From: Tortispora ganteri
Taxonomy: Eukaryota
Reading direction: 5' to 3'
Assembly: GCA_003707115.1 (NCBI GenBank)
Contig: PPNB01000004.1
Location: 310,001-374,000, forward strand
DNA length: 64,000 nt
This document shows positions 31,102 through 39,245 of this stretch, one piece after another. Below the pieces are notes generated by a model, which saw only the letters and a list, made by a program, of their open reading frames with translations, did not search any database and had not been told where the DNA came from. Both the position numbers and the translations under genes were made by a program. Within the stretch, counting starts at the first letter, position 1. The number at the start of each line of letters is the position of its first letter.

Positions 31102-34017
31102 TTACTTCTGTGTAAGAATCAGCTTTTCGAACCTGTCAATATGCTCAATTGTAGGTACGATCTTCGGATCGGAGAAAATTTCTGATAATAATTGAATTTC
31201 TTCGTCTTCATCAGTACTGTTGATATCAACTAATAGCAAGGCACAGAGATCTGAAGCTGTTCTCTTTAGCTTGATGTTCTTGCTCCTAGATCTCAGCGCA
31301 AGCTGACGTACAAGGATACCAGGAGCCAAAAGGCTTAAATGATAAGCAATCGGTAATGCGTTTATATGAACCGCAATCGGGTATATAGAAGAGTTCAAGA
31401 TCTTGTGAATTAGGGCTTCTAGCTTGCTGGAGTATATAGAAATATCATGATCTAAATCTAGCAGATAACACCAGCATTTCAGAGCCAAAAGACAAGCATG
31501 ACTGTCATGGGAGGACATTATTGCAATTAGGGCATCGTAAAAATCGTTTTTGTGTTCTTTGAGGTATATTTCAATACCACTTATGGCGGTACGGCGCACA
31601 GTTGTAGAACCTTCAAATGCAGAAGAGAGGCATCCGATCAGAATCTCCTGTATGTTAACGGGAGTACATTTAGCAAGAATATACGCATAATGTTCTGCAG
31701 TATCAGTCCCATATCCATCCTCAATACCAAATGTAGCAAGCAGCTCTACAGCTATCTCACGCAGTTTATCAAGTTTTTCAACAGATATTCTCAGTGATTT
31801 GGTTTTAATTTCTTCGTGGAACACAGCAGGAGCAGGGTATGTAATTAAGGCATTCATTGAGGCTAGTCTTACCCAGGAACCAACATCGCCTCTATGGTCA
31901 GTTGAGTAATCATCTAAGCAAGATATTACAAGCGAGTATACCTCGTTGTTAACATGATTTGATCTTAGGATTCCGTTAACAGCTTCTGCGCGGCATTTCA
32001 CTGTTTCGCTATCTAAAGATGCGATGAGATCTTTAAGTAACTGAAAAGAAGTGCTACTATCTTCAAAGCAAAGAGCTTTTATGTACCCGGCAGAGTCGTT
32101 CTGTCTAGCAGCTGTATACCATACCTTCAAACTAAGTGTAGGCAAAGGTTTCAGCTTAGTAACAATAACGCAAGAATCGTTTATGCATTCTGATATAGAG
32201 TCATCTGATAACTTGGAAAGTGACAAGTAAAGGAATCTCAAAATATCTTCTGACGGTAAAAATGGGCAGCACTTCATATAGTGGGCGAGGGCCTCGCAAA
32301 ACAGAGCAGAGTTGAAAAGTCCTGGCCTTAAAACAGATGGCAATATTGATGTAAGATAGTCAACCATTTTATCTTTTATGAGATCGGACAAATTGGAAAA
32401 CTGTGATATGATTTCACCGATACAGTATAATACTCCATGAAATTGAGCAGCAGAAGTCATTGGATCTATGGCAGCCAAGTTAGATGATAAGTCAATCAAT
32501 ACACGTTCTGGTATTCCATATCCCTTTTTCAAGAGCGTTGTGAGAGTATGCGATGACAACTTTCGTATATCCGGATCCCAGCTGTTAATTCCTCTATTTC
32601 TTTGGTTAATCAAAGCGTCGAATAAAGCATCTGATAGACCGACTTCTGATAATCCTAAGGCTACCGCACCGTATGAATTTGATCTTCTGCCTAAAACAAA
32701 ATAATCAATCGTCTGAATAATTTTCAGTGATTTTTCAGGTGAAAGAAGTAACAATTCGCCATTAGAGCAAATAATTTCAACAGACCCGGAATTTCTGCCG
32801 ATGTATTCTTGCAAGCAGGCAGCGGCGGCGCGACGAACATTGATTTCTCTGTCGAAGCACGTTATACCTAATAAGTTCTTTATAATCTCGGAAACCGTGT
32901 TTATATTTAGATTTGGTGACTTTCGTGCTGAGAAAAGGGCCCAAACAACATAGCATGCAGCATCACGGACGTTAATTCCGAGAGGTTTATTAAGCGGCTT
33001 CTGGTCAAAAAGCAGACCGAATGTTAGAGTAGTTAGAAATTCAGGATAAGCGGTAAAAGCATTAAATCCATTCGAAGCTAGATGAGCAAATGTGAGAAGA
33101 GATCCGTGCCAGAATTCCTCGCTTGGTCTATTTTGGTCAAGGTTATTGTATATCCACTGTATAATTTGATCTGAAGCATCGACAGGGAGAAGTTGAATTA
33201 ATTGTGCGAGCGATTTCGCAGCAGCTTCTCTGACAATAGTTTCTTTAGCTTCAAGTAGCTCGAATAATGGGTCAATTCCGAGAGAGATAGTATCTGAGTC
33301 TATCTGATTAAGAGATATTAGTCCACGTAGAAGATAGTAGATACAGCGTGCTGCTAGCTTTGCAATCTTAGATGCCGCAGGGTGTTCTAAGAATTTGTTG
33401 ATTTGATACAAGAACTTGTGGTATGGTGCTGAATTAGAAGATGGCGCAGATTTGAGGTAGCTTTTCAAAGCGATGAACGAACCAACAGTAGACGTTTGTG
33501 GATCAAGATGGATTGCGCTTGTGATCGACACTGGGGAATCGACGCGTGCAAGCAGACGGCCAAAAAGACATGCAGCCGGTTCTTGCGGTTTACCATATGA
33601 GTTTATATATTTATTTGCCAGATTTAGTAATCTCTGAGGGGCATCTTCTGCTACTTTCACTAGAGGAAAAGGGATCAGCACAAGTAGAGAAAGCCACGAC
33701 AGACCACAGTATATTTGCTGCCATTCTAGATTTGAAGACTCTGACCAGACAAGAACTGGCATAAGATCACTATGCGCATGAGGAAACAGCTGTACTACGG
33801 ATGAACCTCTAAGACGAATGAAAGCAGCGAGTATTTGGGCTGCATATGCGTCATTGTGGAGAAGTAGCTGAAGCAGTTTAGGCGTGTATTCGATTATGAC
33901 AGGGTCTAGACATTGAGGATCTTCATTGAATTGCTCTATTATAACAAGAGCGCCTTTCAAAGACGTATTCATGGAAGTTCTAATATCATTTATTAATACA
34001 GATGAAGATTTGCTCAT
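31102..34017 (-). CDS. CIN1: Tubulin-folding cofactor D (Cin1/TBCD)
   Basis: WLSLLVLIPF, WHGSLL, VRDAACYVVWA, FDREINVRRAAAACLQEYIGR and LDDYSTDHRGDVGSWVR. Confidence 0.9.
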   Translation of the reverse strand: MSKSSSVLINDIRTSMNTSLKGALVIIEQFNEDPQCLDPVIIEYTPKLLQLLLHNDAYAAQILAAFIRLRGSSVVQLFPHAHSDLMPVLVWSESSNLEWQQIYCGLSWLSLLVLIPFPLVKVAEDAPQRLLNLANKYINSYGKPQEPAACLFGRLLARVDSPVSITSAIHLDPQTSTVGSFIALKSYLKSAPSSNSAPYHKFLYQINKFLEHPAASKIAKLAARCIYYLLRGLISLNQIDSDTISLGIDPLFELLEAKETIVREAAAKSLAQLIQLLPVDASDQIIQWIYNNLDQNRPSEEFWHGSLLTFAHLASNGFNAFTAYPEFLTTLTFGLLFDQKPLNKPLGINVRDAACYVVWALFSARKSPNLNINTVSEIIKNLLGITCFDREINVRRAAAACLQEYIGRNSGSVEIICSNGELLLLSPEKSLKIIQTIDYFVLGRRSNSYGAVALGLSEVGLSDALFDALINQRNRGINSWDPDIRKLSSHTLTTLLKKGYGIPERVLIDLSSNLAAIDPMTSAAQFHGVLYCIGEIISQFSNLSDLIKDKMVDYLTSILPSVLRPGLFNSALFCEALAHYMKCCPFLPSEDILRFLYLSLSKLSDDSISECINDSCVIVTKLKPLPTLSLKVWYTAARQNDSAGYIKALCFEDSSTSFQLLKDLIASLDSETVKCRAEAVNGILRSNHVNNEVYSLVISCLDDYSTDHRGDVGSWVRLASMNALITYPAPAVFHEEIKTKSLRISVEKLDKLREIAVELLATFGIEDGYGTDTAEHYAYILAKCTPVNIQEILIGCLSSAFEGSTTVRRTAISGIEIYLKEHKNDFYDALIAIMSSHDSHACLLALKCWCYLLDLDHDISIYSSKLEALIHKILNSSIYPIAVHINALPIAYHLSLLAPGILVRQLALRSRSKNIKLKRTASDLCALLLVDINSTDEDEEIQLLSEIFSDPKIVPTIEHIDRFEKLILTQK

Positions 34018-34157
34018 TGTCTAGAACCATTTGAAGGATAAAATTATGGGAGAAGAACGATAATGTCGAATGCTAGCTACAATGTAGAAATCAAAGCAAA
34101 CACATGTACAAGTATAAGCTAAAATATATATAATGTTAAATACATATATTTTATTCA

Positions 34158-35083
34158 TTAGATATTCTGATTAAGTGACTGGCGGTTATCATTTCGTCTA
34201 GGGCCACCTCTGTTTCCTCTACCTCTATAATTACCCCGGCCTCTGCCTCTGTGGCCACCCCGGTTATATTTATTATTCTTAAAGCCAGATTCACCAAATG
34301 TTTCCATGTTTAGTTCTCTTTCTTGATTTCTAGCCATCTTATCTTCACTAGTGGAAGTATTGTCGAAGAAGCTCGACGACTTATTATAAACAGGGGCTAT
34401 TGAGTTATCGGTAATAGAACCCTTTTCTTCTTCGAATTTGGCATTGTGCGATTGAAAATCAAATTCGCCAGTAGTCTTAGTAGATTTTGGCTGTTTTACT
34501 GGCTTCGAACGGTTTTTTGGTTCTTCTTTCGGTTGTTCTTTAGGCTGTGTGGGTTGCGCCGGCTCAGCGGTCTATAAAATTAGTTAGTGGTCTGATCAAT
34601 GTAGATTAGAGCAAACAATTTATTGTTTTCAGAAGGAAGGCAACGGGAAATCCGCATGGTTTTGCGCAACTTAGATATTTAAATAAAAACATCCGTCAAA
34701 TTTTCATCATTAAAACAACAATTGTGATTGTGATTGTGATAGATAGATAGATACTTACCTGCAGAATAGCAGGATCTCGAAAAGGCTGCTCTGGTTCACT
34801 GATAATCTTTAAGTCCTTTACATCAGACCCTCTAAATACTATGTATTCGTATACTTTGTCTGATGGAGGAATTTCTTTAGCAGGATTCTCTGCTCGTCCT
34901 TCCGTTCCATATGATTTCACATTTCCTAACGATACTGTACCGTTGTTTGAGTCCACGTCATTGAGTACTCCAACGTACCTGGATTCGGTTAATCTTCTGT
35001 CAATTTCATTTACTCAGTAAATTCACTTACCTAATATTACTACACGACGTTAAGGCGATTTTTCGTCCAATAAAATCCGCCAT
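34158..35083 (-). CDS. SCD6: Scd6/Lsm14 decapping activator, 228 aa; exons 35083-35031, 34978-34759, 34571-34158
   Basis: The spliced product reads MADFIGRKIALTSCSNIRYVGVL...VKSYGTEGR...YEYIVFRGSDVKDL (Lsm14 domain), then FDF, FFD and TFG motifs and an RGG tail. Both introns are GTAAGT...AG with branch points. Confidence 0.95.
34623..34718 (-). ncRNA. Intronic box C/D snoRNA, predicted guide for 18S rRNA Am420 (snR52-like)
   Basis: Box C ATGATGA (34710-34704), box D CTGA (34632-34629) and a terminal stem TTGTTT/AAACAA. The D guide GTTGCCTTCCTT is complementary to conserved 18S AAGGAAGGCAGC, recalled from S. cerevisiae. Confidence 0.88.
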
Positions 35084-35326
35084 ATTTCTCAATTATTATT
35101 TGTTTGTCGTAAGTGAAGTATTTTGCTCTTGGGAATACACTTCTTTCTCATATTACTATTTAGCATTCACTTTAACCCTAGTAGTTTGCTGGAATTTGGG
35201 ACTATTCCCTTGTCTTTATATATTAATAATTCTATACAATCTCTCTATACACATACATACATCTACATATATCTATATCTTTATATTTAAACAATTCATT
35301 TCTTTTGCCTCTTTTATTTCAATGCA

Positions 35327-38300
35327 TCACGACGACCGGTGCGTTTTACAAATCCCAGATATAACTCGCCGCACACTAGCATATACTTCAGGCCCCAGTC
35401 CTCGGCTTTGAGCTGCCTCTTCAACTTTCTTCTCTACGACTCCCAGTACTTGCAAAACCATGTCCTGGATTGTGGGATCATTGGCTTCAATCCTGCGTAA
35501 CGCACAATCAAGCCATTCAACTCTGACATGGAACTGACTGTTCTCCGAAAAGGATCCCAGCCCAGCAACAACTGCAAGCAACAGCAGCTGGTTATCGGTA
35601 GTAAGTACATATCCCGGACGATACGCCGATAGTACAGAAAACAACACCTCCTGCTGATCTCGAGGTGCTTCTATCCACGCAGAAAGTGCCTCGTCATTCT
35701 CACCTTTGCGAAGAAGTCCGTCTACTCTAATTACATTATCTGCAAGCACCGAGCTAGCCTCTTTCTTAATTTCTGCAGCGGTAGCAGCAGGAGAAGAAGG
35801 AGAATGAGGAGCCGGAGCAGAGACAAGTGCGGTAGCGACATTGGGTGCAACACCCGCTGAAGGGGCCTGCATCGGCTCGTCGTATCCTCGAACATTCTGT
35901 GCAACAGGCACAGGCACAGACACAGGCCCAGACCCAGGCCCAGGCCCAGCACCAGAAAGAAGAGGCACATTGTAAGACACATTCTGTCCTTGGTGCTGCA
36001 CTGGCAGAGCGGGAGCGTTGGAGTGGTAGATATCCTGACCGTTATATCCATAACCCTGACTAGACTGTCGCTGACCAGAGCTGTAGGACTCTGGCAAGTT
36101 TCCGTTACCTGGAGTCTGATAACCACCTCCCATTCTCTGAGATGCAGTAAGGCTCTGTGCAGGGTAAGTACCAACGTATCCAGGCGTATGGGCCGTACCA
36201 GGAACTCCAGAAATAGGAGCACGCGTAGGGCCAGCAGGAGGTGAAGCTATTGACGGCCCAACAGCATGCGGACTTTGTCCCCAAGGACTGCTAGGTGGTG
36301 GAGTCCCAGAAAGAGGCTCATTACCATTCAAATTCGACAGTATACTCCTTGAATTAGGTAGAGAGGGTTGGCGCTGTCCTTCAGTTGATCCAGGTACAGA
36401 TGCAGACGCAGATCCCATTTCAGCAGTGACACCACGAGCTCGGTTGTCAGCCCAAAAATTCGACGGAGCTCCAGAATAAGGCTGATTCGTTCCGTTAACA
36501 GATAAGCGAGACACCGTGTCAGTGAGCTGAGAAATTAGAGTCTTGAGCTCATCAATATCGCGATCTCGCCTTGCAATTTCTCCTTTAAGTTCTTGTATCA
36601 GACTTCTAGTTTCTGAAGAGTAATCCTTCAGCATTAAGTTAATGGAATCAACACTTTTGGATACACGATTCAGCTCAGCGCCTCGTAATTTCGATATCTC
36701 AGCGGGAACCACCTCTCGAATATTCGAAATACCAGTTTGTATAGACTCCATAGATGGTTTTACCATTTCTCCCATTACAGCATGAACAGATCCATGAACC
36801 AATTTTGCAATGCTCGGGAGCAGTACTTGCTTGACTTCTTTCCCTAATGAGCTTCGGATAATCTTAGAGAGCTCATCAGAATTGGAAACACTAGAATCAT
36901 TGGAAAGAACAGACGATGGCATTTGGGTTTTCATTTCAGATGACTTGACTTGCAGTAAAGAAGCATGAGTCGAGACCGAAGCAGGAGAAGATATATCAGT
37001 GCTTGCTGAGTGTAAACCATTTTGCTCATCAGCTTTAGTAGTAACAGACGAACTAGAGGCAGCTGACCTGTGCAAATTAATCGAGGAGTCATAAGTAGAA
37101 GGTAGGCTGTCAACCGAAATATCCTTGTCAACTTTACCAACTTGTCCTCCCCCAAGTAGTTTCTGAGATACCGGAAGAATCCTGACTTCGGCATTATCAG
37201 CAATGAACAAATCAAAAAGCGAGTAAGCGTCAGAAGTTATTCTGGATGAACACATGCTGATTATTTTGGCATCAGAGACGTATTGTAATTCAGTTATCTT
37301 GTCAAATCGCGAATGCTTCTCAGGGCGGCCTGGGGATGCCCTTTCAATATACTGCGCTTGAGTAAATCTTACTTTGGCAGACTCATCCTCATTAGAATCC
37401 TCACCGAGAACTAAAAATATCAAAGAGTTGCGTACTTTGTTCACCACCACAGCTATGCGATTCGCAGAGCTTACAACAAGAGGGGATAAAAATTCAGAAA
37501 GAGGGGTAGCAATTTCAGAAACCTCAGGAAGAGCTACTTCTTGGACGAGACTAAGAGATCCAAGGTGATAAAGCTGTAAAACCGAATTATTGGCAAAGCC
37601 AGCTAAAATACATCTAGCAGGAAAGGCAGGGTCAGGCTGATCAAAGAATTGCACAGAAGATGGAGGATAAGAGGCCTTTGAGGCCAAAGAGGCAATAGCG
37701 TTAGTTAGAGGTTTTTTAGCTGAGGATGAGCGAAAATCAGAAGATGACCACACTTCAATAGTGCCAGCAGAATTAATAGTAACGACAGCCGAACCATCTG
37801 AGGAGATATCAAAGTCAACAATAGGGTTTGCAGACCGGCAGACGTAACTGCTGTAGGATAGACCCGAAGGAGTACGCTCGATCTGTATAGGGTCTTTAGT
37901 GTCTTCTAAAGTGTCCAAATTATAAACATACAGAATATCTTCAACCGATACTACCAATAAGCCCAGGTTTCCAAGCTTAGCGAGAGTTTTAGCGTTAGGA
38001 TCGGGCATTATACGTAGTATCTGACGAAAATCAGGGCTAGTGAGCACGCCGTCATCTGATTCATTTTTATCAGGAACAGGAATTACGTGCCAAAAAATAA
38101 CTTCGTTATCAGCAGTTGTTGATACCAATCTTGAAGGAGGGGGTGTCATAATTGACTCGGTAGTCGATTGGTCGTCTTCGTCAAAGTCGTCATCTGAATC
38201 GATCATAGACAAGTTCACTATAGGCGATTTTGAGTGGCCTTTAAGAGCGACGTTGGCAACATTGTCGAGTTCTATTACTCTGATGTCTCCAGGCTTGGAG

Positions 38301-38602
38301 AGCGAATATGAGAGATATCTGTCATTCACTGCGATTACATTGCGAGCTCCGGCGATGGGCGTCCTTTTCAGGCGAGAGACGCTTTCCAGGTCAGACACGT
38401 TCAGGCTACCGTCAAAAAGCCGATCTGCATGAATTGTAACTTTTTCGGAAGCACTTGATGCCTTTGAGGGAATTGAACGAGTTTGAATACCAGAAGTGGC
38501 CAAAATGGCCGGGTCCATAGGCTTGTCGACAACCGGGGATTCTGATGCATCCCGACTAGGCGTACCTTTGTTAAGGAGCGCTAATAGTCCTGAAGCATCC
38601 AT
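35327..38602 (-). CDS. EDC4/Ge-1/Pdc1-like mRNA decapping scaffold
   Basis: N-terminal beta-propeller-like region (IAVNDRYLSYSL...IRVI; DFDISSDGSAVVT), a Ser-rich linker and a coiled coil. The C-terminal domain LLLLAVV...VEWLDCALRRIEANDPTIQD resembles the EDC4 C-terminus. The likely ATG is at 38602. Confidence 0.7.
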   Translation of the reverse strand: MDASGLLALLNKGTPSRDASESPVVDKPMDPAILATSGIQTRSIPSKASSASEKVTIHADRLFDGSLNVSDLESVSRLKRTPIAGARNVIAVNDRYLSYSLSKPGDIRVIELDNVANVALKGHSKSPIVNLSMIDSDDDFDEDDQSTTESIMTPPPSRLVSTTADNEVIFWHVIPVPDKNESDDGVLTSPDFRQILRIMPDPNAKTLAKLGNLGLLVVSVEDILYVYNLDTLEDTKDPIQIERTPSGLSYSSYVCRSANPIVDFDISSDGSAVVTINSAGTIEVWSSSDFRSSSAKKPLTNAIASLASKASYPPSSVQFFDQPDPAFPARCILAGFANNSVLQLYHLGSLSLVQEVALPEVSEIATPLSEFLSPLVVSSANRIAVVVNKVRNSLIFLVLGEDSNEDESAKVRFTQAQYIERASPGRPEKHSRFDKITELQYVSDAKIISMCSSRITSDAYSLFDLFIADNAEVRILPVSQKLLGGGQVGKVDKDISVDSLPSTYDSSINLHRSAASSSSVTTKADEQNGLHSASTDISSPASVSTHASLLQVKSSEMKTQMPSSVLSNDSSVSNSDELSKIIRSSLGKEVKQVLLPSIAKLVHGSVHAVMGEMVKPSMESIQTGISNIREVVPAEISKLRGAELNRVSKSVDSINLMLKDYSSETRSLIQELKGEIARRDRDIDELKTLISQLTDTVSRLSVNGTNQPYSGAPSNFWADNRARGVTAEMGSASASVPGSTEGQRQPSLPNSRSILSNLNGNEPLSGTPPPSSPWGQSPHAVGPSIASPPAGPTRAPISGVPGTAHTPGYVGTYPAQSLTASQRMGGGYQTPGNGNLPESYSSGQRQSSQGYGYNGQDIYHSNAPALPVQHQGQNVSYNVPLLSGAGPGPGSGPVSVPVPVAQNVRGYDEPMQAPSAGVAPNVATALVSAPAPHSPSSPAATAAEIKKEASSVLADNVIRVDGLLRKGENDEALSAWIEAPRDQQEVLFSVLSAYRPGYVLTTDNQLLLLAVVAGLGSFSENSQFHVRVEWLDCALRRIEANDPTIQDMVLQVLGVVEKKVEEAAQSRGLGPEVYASVRRVISGICKTHRSS
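35905..35950. repeat. Imperfect hexanucleotide coding repeat (CAGGCA/CAGGCC), encoding GAGPGPGSGPVSVPVPV
   Basis: The plus strand reads acaggcacaggcacagacacaggcccagacccaggcccaggcccagc. Confidence 0.7.
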
Positions 38603-38821
38603 TCTGAAACAGTAGAGCCAAAAAAGAAAGCAAAATAAACGATCTAAAATAATCGCGCACAAAATTTGCGTGATTGCAGCTTCTCAGTTGTCACAATGTG
38701 GCTTTCACTTGGTTTTTCCTGGTGTTTTTGCAAATTGTAAAATCACAGGGTCAAGGGTTATATATTACATCGACTTCGACTATAACTAGATAGAGTGTGA
38801 TATATATATATATTTAAAGAT

Positions 38822-39232
38822 ATGTTTTGCGCTCAATTCTTTTTGTGCTTATTTATTCTTACACCTATTTCGCCTGCTCCAACTGGATTTGTATTTATTC
38901 TGGCGGCATGCATGATGCTGTATTTCCGTCCTTGTGTATCCTGTTCCATCATCCTTCTCACATTAACGGTGTGCAGTACGTCGAGTTTCTGGGATACTGT
39001 CTTTGATGTTAACTTTTTCTCCCCTAGAGTCGTTCAGAATGCACCTGTGATATTTCAACAGTTTATGAAAAATGGCACTGTACCTATGGACGCCGGCGTC
39101 GGTACAGAGACCCTTCTAGAAGAACTAAGGAAGACGGCAGTACTCACTGATCCTATAGCGGCGTTCTTACATCTACTACGCGTTCCCGAAAAGTTCACAA
39201 TTCCTCAAATTGGCCTAAAATGTTATGTCTGA
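38822..39232 (+). CDS. Small membrane protein, BC10/BLCAP-like
   Basis: MFCAQFFLCLFILTP...RPCVSCSII parallels BLCAP MYCLQWLLPVLLIP...KPCTICAL, recalled from memory. The N-terminal half is hydrophobic. Confidence 0.6.
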   Translation: MFCAQFFLCLFILTPISPAPTGFVFILAACMMLYFRPCVSCSIILLTLTVCSTSSFWDTVFDVNFFSPRVVQNAPVIFQQFMKNGTVPMDAGVGTETLLEELRKTAVLTDPIAAFLHLLRVPEKFTIPQIGLKCYV

Positions 39233-39245
39233 TGATTTAATACCC

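Noticed and set aside
34696..34956. 86-aa ORF from the track as a standalone gene
   Set aside because: It is SCD6 exon 2 read into intron 2. The ITITIT tail comes from intronic microsatellites.
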